Source: an uncultured Acidobacteriaceae bacterium
GTDB taxonomy: Bacteria; Acidobacteriota; Terriglobia; Terriglobales; Acidobacteriaceae
NCBI GenBank assembly: GCA_963782505.1
Contig: CAWAKG010000023.1
Coordinates: forward strand, 10,409-74,408
Length of the DNA: 64,000 nt
Reading direction: 5' to 3'
Shown here: positions 1 to 9,763 of the stretch, one piece after another
Layout: each line of letters starts with the position of its first letter
Numbering within the stretch: the first letter of the stretch is position 1
The notes under the pieces: model-generated
The model's database searches: none
Seen by the model: the letters and a program-made list of their open reading frames with translations, nothing else
What the model was told of the DNA's origin: nothing
Position numbers and translations under genes: made by a program

Positions 1-54
1 TGATATCCAAAAGGCGAGCCTTCGAGGAAATAATCGAGGAGAGCCTCTTTGCTC

Positions 55-2196
55 CTATTCCCACTTGATACGATTTCCGCTGCCACCCCCCAAGGCGTAG
101 TCGCCGGCATCAAACTTCAGATCAACCAGCTTGTTGTTCCTCGACACCATGTTGCCCCAAAGGGTGTGGATCTCTACCTCCGGAAAAGCAGACAGGATAG
201 CGCGATTCCCCGATTCGGAAGAGAATGGCGCGACAACGAGTGGAGCATTCGCCGAGTCAAACCCCTCGCCTGCTCGGTCCTTAAGGGCCTGCAAGGCAAC
301 TCGAACGGTGGCCCCGCTATCGATAATAAGGTCTAGCAGAAGATATCTTCCGTGTGACGGCTTTCGGGGAATGTCGCCGTAACAGATCTCCGGATTTGCG
401 GTACGCTCACTCCGTGACGGCATGAGAATCCCGAGGGGAGACGAGGGAAACACTGCTTTGTAAGGTCTCAGCAGGGATAGGCCCGATCGCAGAATAAATA
501 TGGGCACGAGTTCTCCCGCGGTCCTGTTCGACGGAGACGTTCGCACATGGAACAGAAGAATTCCACTTATAGCCTCCAGACGGTCGACTGTTTTGGAAAC
601 ATTTTCCTGCTCAAGCAGCATTTCTGCCTTCAGTCGCTCAGCCTCTGCGTCCTTGTACACGCGAGGTTCACCGGCACGATTTGACCGGATTGCACGCAAT
701 AAGTGCCTTACTACTTCCGGAATACCGTCAGATGAGTGCGCCGCAACCAGGCCCGCTAATGCTGGCGAATGCTTCGCCAAGGCGGCGCGATCTAACCCGT
801 GCAACACGGGAAGGATTACCTTGAGACCATTTGTTTCCATGGCAGCCAGGGCATTTAACTCCTTCTTCGGCCAACTCTTTGCGAAGTAATTTTGGCTTGC
901 GATGACTACGCCAAACCTAGACTGTGCCAGGGCCTCATCAATGCTTGTTTGCACAGGGTCGCCCACCTTCAGTTCCAAACGGTCATACCAGACTTCCAGG
1001 CCTCTAGCTATGAGTTCTTGAGACAGTGGTTCAACGAATCCTTTGTCTTCGCTCGCATAAGAAATGAAGACATCCCATTGCTTTTCACCAGAGCCTGGAC
1101 GCTCAGGCACGTGCATCTCCGGGAATCGAGGCGGGCTCGAAGGTACTACGCTCCGCTCGGCTTGCATCGAAAGCAGTCGCAGCATCAGGTCTTGTGATTG
1201 CAGCCTCTCACTCAACGGGCCGAGGCTCACCACCGCCTCCTTAATAGCCCAAAGGGGCTGTGAGTTGGGAAAGCTACTCACCTCCCAGAAGCCTTGCGGA
1301 TTCTGTCGGTTCATAATCGTGATAGCGGCTGCTGCCAGTGCGTCGGTTTCCACGCCAACCCCGAGCCTAAGCAAAGACTGCACCATAAGCTCCTTTTGTG
1401 GCGAGGTCCAATAACTTTCAATGCTGCGGCCTTCAATCTTACAAGCGTACGTCTCCGACAACTGTTCCTTAGCGTCCTTGCATTGCACCATCCAATCTAT
1501 CGCTCGCAGGAAGATTGCAGCTCCCTTACGCTCGCCGCACGCCAGCAACGCCATAGTGGCGTCGGCCGTGTAGGCCAGTTCGCCCGGCTCGTCGGGATGT
1601 GCTCCCCAGGACGAGTCGTTGTTCTGATTGTTCTTGAGCCAATCTCGACCTCTCTTGATCGCGTCGCCAAACTCTCTTTCCCTCCCAGGGTATGCCGTCA
1701 GGGCCTTGAGGGCATAAGCAGTACTGGTGGTATCGCTTTTTTCGCCTGGGATGATTCCCCATCCGTGGTCAGCATTTTGAGCTCGCTCGAACCACTCGAC
1801 TCCTCTTTGCACCTTTGGTGATTCGTAGGGCTCACCAGTTTCCAACAGCGCAAGAAGGGCCAGGTAGGTAACACGTGCAAAACTGCACTCATCGCTGGAA
1901 TCACTGGTACCCCATCCGCCATCTTCGCGCGCCTTAGCTAGGATCAGTGCTTTCCCTGCTGACATTTGGGGAGAATTTTCTCGCTCACCGCAAGCCTTTA
2001 GCGAGATGATGGCGTTGGCTGTCCCACTGACACTGGGAGGCTTTGAAGTCTCCAGTGACTGACACCATCCGCTTTTCCCTTCTCCTTTGTATTGGAACCT
2101 GCTACGTATGTAACCCTGGGCTCTCGATAAGGCCCCACCGATCCGCTGTCGCAGGCCCAGTAGTTCTTCGATTTTCCAACTCGCAGCGGCCATCAT
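55..2196 (-). CDS. Three-module fusion: N-terminal prenyltransferase/terpene-cyclase-like alpha/alpha-toroid repeats, central TIR domain, C-terminal uracil-phosphoribosyltransferase-like (type I PRTase) domain
   Basis: 713-aa ORF. aa ~90-310 carry repeated GGWG/DHGWG/SSWG/QGFWE motifs. aa ~373-505 read 'WDVFISYASEDK...SQNYFAKSWPKKEL' (TIR with the W-x-x-x-E Glu motif, nt ~682-1080). aa ~535-705 read 'ILRSGLSLL...LLLDLIIDSGATV...FPEVEIHT...FDAGDYALGG', colinear with UPRT motifs (nt ~82-594). Confidence 0.75.
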   Translation of the reverse strand: MMAAASWKIEELLGLRQRIGGALSRAQGYIRSRFQYKGEGKSGWCQSLETSKPPSVSGTANAIISLKACGERENSPQMSAGKALILAKAREDGGWGTSDSSDECSFARVTYLALLALLETGEPYESPKVQRGVEWFERAQNADHGWGIIPGEKSDTTSTAYALKALTAYPGREREFGDAIKRGRDWLKNNQNNDSSWGAHPDEPGELAYTADATMALLACGERKGAAIFLRAIDWMVQCKDAKEQLSETYACKIEGRSIESYWTSPQKELMVQSLLRLGVGVETDALAAAAITIMNRQNPQGFWEVSSFPNSQPLWAIKEAVVSLGPLSERLQSQDLMLRLLSMQAERSVVPSSPPRFPEMHVPERPGSGEKQWDVFISYASEDKGFVEPLSQELIARGLEVWYDRLELKVGDPVQTSIDEALAQSRFGVVIASQNYFAKSWPKKELNALAAMETNGLKVILPVLHGLDRAALAKHSPALAGLVAAHSSDGIPEVVRHLLRAIRSNRAGEPRVYKDAEAERLKAEMLLEQENVSKTVDRLEAISGILLFHVRTSPSNRTAGELVPIFILRSGLSLLRPYKAVFPSSPLGILMPSRSERTANPEICYGDIPRKPSHGRYLLLDLIIDSGATVRVALQALKDRAGEGFDSANAPLVVAPFSSESGNRAILSAFPEVEIHTLWGNMVSRNNKLVDLKFDAGDYALGGGSGNRIKWE

Positions 2197-2470
2197 GTCT
2201 CCTAATTACATACTTCTTTCGTGACTGGCCAGAACTCAGGCTCACCGAAACTCACTTACTCAGACGTGACCCTGCGACAAGCTATTTATCACATTTTGAC
2301 GCGCCTCGCCCACCGAAGAAAGTTGCGAGAGGCGTTTCATGATCTTCTGGCCATTTCTAAGTGCTTTGTATAGAACACACAGTTATCATCGTGATGCGCC
2401 TGTGCATTCGCGCGGTTTTCAACCCCACTTAAACCCTTATTCACATCGTTAATGCACAATAACAGTAGCC

Positions 2471-3280
2471 ATGAAACCACAACGGGTGTGGCATAAGTTC
2501 AGTTGGCCTATTCGCTTTCATCCCAAGCCCGCCATTCCCCGATACGTTCCTCCGCTCGAGGAAGGCAAATATACAGTTAAACTGGCGAACGACGCCAACG
2601 AGTTCCGCGAAGCCCTTCGGTTGCGCTATCGCGTCTTTAACCTTGAGTTGCGCGAGGGACTGGCGACCTCCCACTCCACCGGCCACGATTTTGACGAGTT
2701 CGACCCTGTTGTCGACCACGTCATTGTCAAGTGCACCGCCGACGATGCCGTGATCGGCACGTATCGCCTTCAGACCGGCCTATCGGCGGCGAAGAACATC
2801 GGCTACTACAGCGAGCGCGAATTCGATTTCACGCCCTATGATCCGCTGCGCGCCGAGGTGCTGGAACTGGGACGCGCCTGCATCGAACGGGCGCACCGCA
2901 AAACGCCGGTGCTGACGCTGTTGTGGAAGGCCATCGCGCAGTACGCCCTGACACGCGGTTGCCGCTACCTCATCGGCTGCAGCTCGCTGACCTCGCAGGA
3001 CCCGATCGTAGGCTCCAAAGTCTACACCCAGATGCAGGACTTTCTGGCCCCGACGGAGATGCAGACCGTGCCGCGGCCGGCCTATGCCTTCGAGCTGCGC
3101 GACGGCGAAACCAGCGAAGAGGCCAAGATTCCCAAGCTGCTGCGGGCCTACCTGGCAACAGGAGCTCAGATCTGCGGGCCCCCGGCCATGGACCGCGAGT
3201 TCCGGACCATCGACTTTCTTACTTTGCTGGACTTAGGTAGAGTGCCCAAAGGCGCACGTGTGCGCTTTATGGGTGAATGA
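2471..3280 (+). CDS. olsB: GNAT-fold N-acyltransferase, OlsB-like (ornithine/lysine lipid N-acyltransferase)
   Basis: 269 aa. The N-terminal 'FREALRLRYRVFNLEL' region is typical of the OlsB/hemolysin-like Acetyltransf_5 family. Its stop overlaps the start of the PlsC-type acyltransferase (ATGA at 3277-3280). Confidence 0.6.
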   Translation: MKPQRVWHKFSWPIRFHPKPAIPRYVPPLEEGKYTVKLANDANEFREALRLRYRVFNLELREGLATSHSTGHDFDEFDPVVDHVIVKCTADDAVIGTYRLQTGLSAAKNIGYYSEREFDFTPYDPLRAEVLELGRACIERAHRKTPVLTLLWKAIAQYALTRGCRYLIGCSSLTSQDPIVGSKVYTQMQDFLAPTEMQTVPRPAYAFELRDGETSEEAKIPKLLRAYLATGAQICGPPAMDREFRTIDFLTLLDLGRVPKGARVRFMGE

Positions 3281-4026
3281 TCGAGTTCTTCCTCCGGCAA
3301 TCGCGTAGAGTTCGCCGCATAGTTCACTTCGCAGCCGTTCTGTCGCGCTGCCGGGTGCAAGCCGTCCGCCTGAAACGCTCGGCCTCGGCCAAAGCCTCTG
3401 TTTGCGTGCAGCTTTTGCAGGGTTGGTGCGCGGCTTCGCTGGCCGCAATGGAAGTTAAAGTAGAGGTTGAGGGTGTCCCGCCAACCGGTGGCCTTATTGT
3501 AAGTAATCACCTCAGCTATCTCGACATCCTGGTGTATAGCTCGCTTACGCAATGCGCCTTCGTCTCCAAGGCCGAGGTGGCCCGCTGGCCGATCTTCGGG
3601 CAGTTTGCGAAAGATGGAGGAACCATCTTCGTACAGCGCGAAGACCGCTTCTCCTTGCGCCGTGCGAATCAGCAGATTGCCGAATATCTGAGAGCCGGTG
3701 TCGCCGTCGCGCTCTTTCCGGAAGGCACCACCACTGACGGCTCCCACGTTTTGCGCTTCCATCCCTCGGTGTTTCAGTCGGCCATCGACGCGGGAGTTGT
3801 GGTGACCCCCTGCGCCCTCTCTTACACTGCGCTCGGCGGTAGTGAAAAAGAAATCGCCTGGTGGGGCGACGTGACGCTCATGCCGCACGCCTGGAAGCTG
3901 CTCGGCCAGCGCCAGGTGAGCGCGAAGGTGATCTTCGGAGAACCGCTGGCCGTGACCGGGGCGCGCAGAGAGCTTTGCGATCGAGCACGGGAGCGCGTCG
4001 TCGCGCTGAGGGAAGAGCTGGTATGA
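3277..4026 (+). CDS. olsA: Lysophospholipid (PlsC-type) acyltransferase, OlsA-like
   Basis: 249 aa with 'NHLSYLDILV' (H-x4-D) and 'FPEGTTTDG' motifs. Translationally coupled to the upstream olsB-like gene. Confidence 0.6.
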   Translation: MIEFFLRQSRRVRRIVHFAAVLSRCRVQAVRLKRSASAKASVCVQLLQGWCAASLAAMEVKVEVEGVPPTGGLIVSNHLSYLDILVYSSLTQCAFVSKAEVARWPIFGQFAKDGGTIFVQREDRFSLRRANQQIAEYLRAGVAVALFPEGTTTDGSHVLRFHPSVFQSAIDAGVVVTPCALSYTALGGSEKEIAWWGDVTLMPHAWKLLGQRQVSAKVIFGEPLAVTGARRELCDRARERVVALREELV

Positions 4027-4532
4027 ATGCGAGTGGAAGAGCCAGTGATTTTCGCCAATTCTTCTGCCCTGCGTTTGGCATAACGATACTTCTGTTGCTT
4101 GTAGTTTTGTGCGGATGCAAGCACGCTGACGAGGCAGCGAAGGTCACTGACTATATGCACGATTTGCGGGAAGCCTTCAACAAAGGAAACTGCGAAGCGA
4201 TTTACACCGAAGCCGACCCAGCCTTTCGAACTCAGTCGGCGGAGAGCTGGGATAGGCAATGTGCCGAACTTCGGCACAATCTCGGAAGCTGGAACAGTTT
4301 TCGTGAAAGCCAGTCTCATGAGAAGAGCTCGGACCCCCGGTTGCGCCTTGTAATTGGCGAGGCAGTGTTCGCCAATGGCAGCTACCATTTGGAGGCTGTG
4401 TGGAACGTTACCGGCCCCCGCAGTCGGCTTTGCTATATGCAGATCGGAACGGAGCCTGATTTGATCACGGTTCCACCTATGAAGTGGCGTAACCCGAGGG
4501 ACGTTCCGCGACTTCCGCTGCCGTCAGGTTAG
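4023..4532 (+). CDS. Hypothetical lipoprotein
   Basis: The internal Met of ORF 3861..4532 overlaps the olsA stop (ATGA). The hydrophobic leader ends in lipobox-like 'VVLCGC'. Confidence 0.5.
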   Translation: MNASGRASDFRQFFCPAFGITILLLLVVLCGCKHADEAAKVTDYMHDLREAFNKGNCEAIYTEADPAFRTQSAESWDRQCAELRHNLGSWNSFRESQSHEKSSDPRLRLVIGEAVFANGSYHLEAVWNVTGPRSRLCYMQIGTEPDLITVPPMKWRNPRDVPRLPLPSG

Positions 4533-4689
4533 AGGATCTTCGTCGGTTCTTATCATTTCCGGCGTAACGAGCGACTTCCCTCAGAGGCTAAAGGCGGGGT
4601 CAGACCGAACCCTCGACGCGGCTGAAGACGCCCTCTTCCCACGCCGCTGCTTTTCAGCGATGCTATACGGTTGTGTTCGCGAGGTTCCT

Positions 4690-5268
4690 ATGTCCGATGC
4701 CGCCACCACCTGGACCACGAAAGTCCGCCAGCATCCCGAGCGCTCCGTTCCCGAGCGCGCGCAGGAATTCCTCGCCACCGGCCAGGTGGCGCATGTCGGC
4801 TTCGAGTTCGACGGCCTGCCCTACGTCATTCCCATGCTTTACGAGTATTCGTCCAAGCGGCCCGACCGGATGTACTTGCATGGAGGCCCTTCCAGCCGGA
4901 TCTTGGATGCGCTGGGTTCCGGCATTCCGGTGTGTGCGACGGTGACCCAACTCGACGGGCTGGTGTATTCCCGAGATGCGAAGTATCACTCCGCGAATTA
5001 CCGCTCTGTGATGTGCTTCGGGCGCGGACGCCTGATTGAAGATGAAGACGACAAGCGCACCATCTTCGAGGAGATGACGCTACGCTACTTCCCCGGACGC
5101 ACTGCCGGACGCGACTACATTCCGGCGCCACCGGCGCACCTGGCGACCACGATGGTGATCGAAGTCGTGATTGAGGAGGTCACCGCCAAGATGCGCGAAG
5201 GCGGGCCCAAAGGCCCACACGATGAGGACGACACCGCGCTTGGCACGCGCGGCGTGGTCGAGCTGTGA
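4690..5268 (+). CDS. Pyridoxamine 5'-phosphate oxidase-family (FMN-binding split barrel, NimA-like) protein
   Basis: ORF 4660..5268 has a probable start at MSDAATTW preceded by GAGG. 'GQVAHVGFEFDGLPYVIPMLY...YHSANYRSVMCFGRG' is typical of the Pyridox_ox_2 family. Confidence 0.6.
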   Translation: MSDAATTWTTKVRQHPERSVPERAQEFLATGQVAHVGFEFDGLPYVIPMLYEYSSKRPDRMYLHGGPSSRILDALGSGIPVCATVTQLDGLVYSRDAKYHSANYRSVMCFGRGRLIEDEDDKRTIFEEMTLRYFPGRTAGRDYIPAPPAHLATTMVIEVVIEEVTAKMREGGPKGPHDEDDTALGTRGVVEL

Positions 5269-5269
5269 C

Positions 5270-5536
5270 CTATTCTTTCGGGCGCAGCACCAACGTCTGA
5301 TCCAGCCGGAAGTACATCTCCGCCTCCGCCGGCACCTTGACCTGCTTGCCGCGAGTAAACAACTGAGTGAGACCGCCGCTCACCGCGCCTGCTGCTGCTC
5401 CAATGCCGGCGCCCTTGCCGCCGCCAAAGATTCCACCGAACATGGCGCCCAGGCCCGCGCCTCCACCGGCGAACTCCAGCGTGCGCTTGTTGGCGCGCAG
5501 CCCGGCGCGCCCCTTCTCCACTTCATCGGAGGTCAT
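5270..5536 (-). CDS. Small glycine-zipper protein
   Basis: Internal Met with an AAGGAG RBS. Gly-rich 'GGGAGLGAMFGGIFGGGKGAGIGAAAGAVSGG' segment. Confidence 0.45.
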   Translation of the reverse strand: MTSDEVEKGRAGLRANKRTLEFAGGGAGLGAMFGGIFGGGKGAGIGAAAGAVSGGLTQLFTRGKQVKVPAEAEMYFRLDQTLVLRPKE

Positions 5537-5641
5537 CACGCGATACTCCTTTTTCGATATTCGATCGGATGAGGAGCGGGCAGAAGCCGCTCGGAAGATG
5601 TGCCCGCACTCTATCACTTACTACCGAACGGTTGCCAGCCG

Positions 5642-7114
5642 CTACTCCGACTCGAGCACGAGGTAGCTGAGTGCGCCATCGCGTTCGATTTGCAAAACGA
5701 CCGGGGCGCCTCGCTTTACCCCGCGCAATTTCTCGCGCAGCTCGGCCACGTCTTTTACCGGCTGGCCGTTGACGCTGTGGATCACGTCTCCCGTCTGCGG
5801 GCCTTCACCCAGCAACGCGGCCGTAGGGGTCTTGGCGGCAACCACCACTCCGCTGGGAATCCGCAAGTCAGGCAGCATCTGTTTCAACTCGCCCTTGAGG
5901 CTGACGCCAACCACGCCGAGCCGTGACACGAGATTGTCGGGCCCGGTGACCAGATCGGCAAAACGCTGTGGATCGTCGGAGCGTTCGATCAGCGTCACGG
6001 AGTAATCCAGCTTTGTCTCACCGCGCAGCACTTCGATCCTGGTCGTCTGGCCCACCTTGTACTCCATCAGATCGAGGGCGAACTGTCGCACATTGGTCAC
6101 CGGCTTTCCGCCCAGGGAGGTCACGACGTCGCCAACCTTCAGGCCTGCCTTGTCGGCGGGCGAATCCGGGGTGATATCTTCCAGCAACACGCCGCGGGCA
6201 GTTGGCAGATTCAGGCCTTCGAGCAGATCGGGAGTGATGCTACGCACCGCAACGCCAATCTCCACGCGATGCACATGGCCTTCGGTGCGCAGTTGCTCGT
6301 AGATGTTCTGCACTACGTTGCTGGGAACTGCAAAGCCGAGGCCTTCATTTCCGCCCGATTCCGACAGGATGAACGTATTGATGCCGACCACCCTGCCATC
6401 CACGTCCACCAGCGGGCCGCCACTATTGCCAGGATTGATGGGCGCGTCGGTCTGAATGTAGATTGCGGGATTATCGGGATCGATCTGCCGCTCGGTGGCG
6501 CTCACCACGCCCATGGTGACGGAATTCTCCAGCCCCAGCGGGCTGCCGAATGCGAAGACGACCTCTCCCTGTCTCAATTGACTGGAGTCGGCAAGCTGGA
6601 GCGCCGGCAGGTTCTTCACGTCGATCTTGAGCACGGCCACATCGGAGATCTGGTCTACGCCGACCAGCTTGGCCTCCAGCGGCCCATGCACCGCGTCCAT
6701 GTCCTGCTTGATCCCCTGCAGGCGCACGCGGATTTTCCGCGCGCCTTCCACTACGTGCGCGTTGGTCACGATGTAGCCATCGGAGCTCAGAATCACGCCG
6801 GCGCCCACTCCGCGCTGTGGAGTCAGGTAGGCGGTCGAGGTGTCAGCCTTATCACTATCGCTGTTGCTGTCGCTACCGCTGCCGCCTGTGCTGAGGCCGT
6901 AACCGACTGTCAGCACCTGCACCACGGATTTCGTTACAACGCTCGATAGTTTCTGCACTGACTGACTGAACTCATGAAGAGGATCGTTCCTCAGCAGTAC
7001 TGTAGGAGTTGGGGATGGCGCAGACTGGCTGGTCTGACCTTGGACGAAAGTGGCTGCCAGAAGAAGACAAACGAGGCTGGTAAAGGTCGAGCGCGCACGA
7101 ACGGACATAAGCAT
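5642..7114 (-). CDS. htrA: HtrA/DegP-family periplasmic serine endoprotease with two PDZ domains
   Basis: 490 aa with a signal peptide, 'TNAHVV' His, 'GNSGGPLV' Ser motif and two C-terminal PDZ-like segments. Confidence 0.9.
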   Translation of the reverse strand: MLMSVRARSTFTSLVCLLLAATFVQGQTSQSAPSPTPTVLLRNDPLHEFSQSVQKLSSVVTKSVVQVLTVGYGLSTGGSGSDSNSDSDKADTSTAYLTPQRGVGAGVILSSDGYIVTNAHVVEGARKIRVRLQGIKQDMDAVHGPLEAKLVGVDQISDVAVLKIDVKNLPALQLADSSQLRQGEVVFAFGSPLGLENSVTMGVVSATERQIDPDNPAIYIQTDAPINPGNSGGPLVDVDGRVVGINTFILSESGGNEGLGFAVPSNVVQNIYEQLRTEGHVHRVEIGVAVRSITPDLLEGLNLPTARGVLLEDITPDSPADKAGLKVGDVVTSLGGKPVTNVRQFALDLMEYKVGQTTRIEVLRGETKLDYSVTLIERSDDPQRFADLVTGPDNLVSRLGVVGVSLKGELKQMLPDLRIPSGVVVAAKTPTAALLGEGPQTGDVIHSVNGQPVKDVAELREKLRGVKRGAPVVLQIERDGALSYLVLESE

Positions 7115-7190
7115 GATTGTAAGCTGGATTTTCAGGCCGGCTGGAGATCGCCCACTTGGTAATTCCCCTCTCTGAGGACAACGGTTCCAC

Positions 7191-9521
7191 TTATCGCGGC
7201 ATTTGCCAGCGCAGCCCGACGCGCACCAGAATCGGTTGTCCGAGATTCACGACCGGCGTGCGTGCGATTTCATAGCTGCTGTTAGTGATGTTCTCGCCGG
7301 CAACAAAGATGTCTATTCCCTTGTGGAGGGAATGCGTGACGCTGCCGCTCATCACGAAGTAAGAGCCCAATGGAAGCAGGTTCTGGTCGTCATCATATTC
7401 GTTGCTGGCGGCTCGGCCCTGCAGGGCGACAAAGAAGTGGCGTGGCGCGGCCCACGTTCCCTGGAAGGTCACGCTGTTGCGCGGCACCAGCGGCACCAGG
7501 TTGCCCACCAGCGCCGGATTCGCAGAGAAGGAAATCACTGTCGAATCAACGAACTGATACGCGGCGGAGAAATTAATGTGCTCGCTCACGTGTAAGTTCG
7601 CGCCTAGCTGAAATCCGGGAGCCCAGATTTCGCCGAGGTTCTGTCGCTGCCGCAGGATGAGCGCATTCGTCACTTCCAACGTCACGTTCGCGATTGGCGT
7701 GGTCACGTATCCCCAGAAAAACGTGCCGTTCACGCTCAGCCGGTCGTGCAGCATGGTGGCCCGCACGCCGGTTTCAAGGCCCTTGAAATGCTCGGCCACA
7801 AGATAGGGATTCGCCAGCGTCAACACATTGCCGACGCGAAAGCTGCGATACAGCTCGTTCAGCGTAGGGGCGCGGAATGATCGATAGCCTGAAGCATACA
7901 ACACCACGCCGTTGTTCATGCGGTACGACAGCGTGGCACGCGGATCGAACGAGTTCTGCCCTCGCGCGGGATAGTAGACAGTGGCCGTCTTGCCGCCAAT
8001 CGGCGTGCGCGAGGAGTGGGCATCGAAGTTGCTCCACAGGTCTTCGCGACCGGAGACCGATAGCGCCCACCGATTCGTGAACTGGAAGATTCCTTCCACA
8101 AACGCGCCGAGCGACTGCTGGCGTCCTCCGTTGGCGAGGTTCGCCGTCGGCTTGCTCAGCACGTACGACGTCTCCAGGCTCCAGCCCTGCACATCCTGGC
8201 CGTCCAGGCCCGCCAGCAGGCTGAACTTCGAATTAATCGCCTTCGACCACTGCCCGATGAACCCCATCTGCTGCACCGGCACGTATTGGTTGTTGGTCAG
8301 CGCCTCTGAATTGCGGTTCGGGCTGACGGACGAGAACGTCTGGTGGTAATTCTCGGTCCCGCCAAACAGTCGCAGTGTGAACAGGCCTGCGCTCTGTGAT
8401 TGCCAGTCCGTACCGAAACCGAGATTGCGCAGGGTAGTCGAATTGATCTGCAACGGCGTGCCATTGTCGCGGTTCTCCCCGTACAGCGACCCTTCGAGAA
8501 ACATCCGGCCGTGGTCACCCAAGAAACGCTCCACTTTCACGTCGCTCGTGCCGTGCTCAGACGACACCGGAGTATCCACCGAGCCGCGCACATTCGCCGG
8601 TACATCGATGTAGCCGTCGGTGTTGAAGGCTTCGAGGCTTCCTGACATCGCCCACTGCCCCACGCGCACACCGCCGTACACCGAGCCGAAAGGAGTGTTG
8701 TTGTTCCCCCACGAGGCTTCGGCGGCGAAGTTCGTCTCCACCGCAGAGCGCGTCTCCAGGTTGATCACGCCACCGAGGGCATCGTTGCCATACAACGACG
8801 ACACACCTCCGGGCACTACCTGCGCTTCATCCAGCGAAGCCACCGGTACACGTCCCCAGAAGATCCAGCTTCCAAAGGGATCGTTGATCGGAATCCCGTC
8901 TTGCAGCACCAGCGCACGGCTCGCGCCACTGGCTCCCAGTCCGCGCAGCGAGACGCCTTGCGCAGTGGGGTTCGCTGTCATGCTGCCCGAACGCCGCAAT
9001 AGCGAGAAGCCGGGTACCTGGCGCAGCTTGTCGTCGACGGTGATGGCCCCAAACTGCTGGAGCTTTTCGGACGGAAGAATGGTAGTGCTGGGCTGAAGCT
9101 CAAGATCTTCGGCGCCGGTGGGCAGGATGGCGGTGCGTGTGGCCGTCACATCGAGGGTCTGCACAATGGCGCCCGGAGGCAAGACGATGAGAAGTGGCTT
9201 GCCACCCGCATGCCAGGCCTGCGTGACGGCAGAGAATCCCGCCGCCGAAACTGTGATCTCGCCGGAATCGGTGGCGACGTCTGAAAAGCTGAAGGTTCCC
9301 GACGCGTTGGTCGTGGCCCTCAGGACGCTTCCGCGGGCGTTCAACGTGACTTGGGCTGAAGGAATGACCGCTCCACTGCGGTCCTTGACCGTGCCAGCGA
9401 CACGCTCGCTTGCCTGGATTGGAAGGCAGAGGCTGAGAACGAACAATATGGCGGCCAACAATCCCAGGGAGAATGGCAAATGTGATGGGCCACGTTGGGA
9501 AGTCAAGGAAGCCTGTTTCAT
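7191..9521 (-). CDS. TonB-dependent outer-membrane receptor with N-terminal carboxypeptidase-regulatory-like domain
   Basis: 776 aa with a signal peptide, 'GTVKDRSGAVIPSAQVTL' CarboxypepD_reg-like start, a plug region and a beta-barrel ending in an aromatic-rich C-terminus. Confidence 0.85.
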   Translation of the reverse strand: MKQASLTSQRGPSHLPFSLGLLAAILFVLSLCLPIQASERVAGTVKDRSGAVIPSAQVTLNARGSVLRATTNASGTFSFSDVATDSGEITVSAAGFSAVTQAWHAGGKPLLIVLPPGAIVQTLDVTATRTAILPTGAEDLELQPSTTILPSEKLQQFGAITVDDKLRQVPGFSLLRRSGSMTANPTAQGVSLRGLGASGASRALVLQDGIPINDPFGSWIFWGRVPVASLDEAQVVPGGVSSLYGNDALGGVINLETRSAVETNFAAEASWGNNNTPFGSVYGGVRVGQWAMSGSLEAFNTDGYIDVPANVRGSVDTPVSSEHGTSDVKVERFLGDHGRMFLEGSLYGENRDNGTPLQINSTTLRNLGFGTDWQSQSAGLFTLRLFGGTENYHQTFSSVSPNRNSEALTNNQYVPVQQMGFIGQWSKAINSKFSLLAGLDGQDVQGWSLETSYVLSKPTANLANGGRQQSLGAFVEGIFQFTNRWALSVSGREDLWSNFDAHSSRTPIGGKTATVYYPARGQNSFDPRATLSYRMNNGVVLYASGYRSFRAPTLNELYRSFRVGNVLTLANPYLVAEHFKGLETGVRATMLHDRLSVNGTFFWGYVTTPIANVTLEVTNALILRQRQNLGEIWAPGFQLGANLHVSEHINFSAAYQFVDSTVISFSANPALVGNLVPLVPRNSVTFQGTWAAPRHFFVALQGRAASNEYDDDQNLLPLGSYFVMSGSVTHSLHKGIDIFVAGENITNSSYEIARTPVVNLGQPILVRVGLRWQMPR

Positions 9522-9763
9522 CCAGAACGAGTTTAATCGGGCAAATGCTTGCGAGTTCCAAGAATCGCGTTGATAGCTCCTGACGGCTCCATTTCGTGCC
9601 GCTGAGAAGCCTTGGCGCGTCGGCCGGGCAGCCTAGCCAGACACGGAAGCAGCTCGCGGCCGAATGTCCATTCTTAACCCAAAATATTGATCAAGAAATA
9701 ACTTCCCGGAATCTCCGTTTTGTGGTAGCCTTTTTCCGCCTTCGTGCGAGGAGGAGGAACACT

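Noticed and set aside
9522-9763. Cobalamin or other riboswitch upstream of the TonB-dependent receptor
   Set aside because: Reading the minus strand, I could not find a B12 box or the GGGAA/GGTG core, nor any other riboswitch core I recognise.
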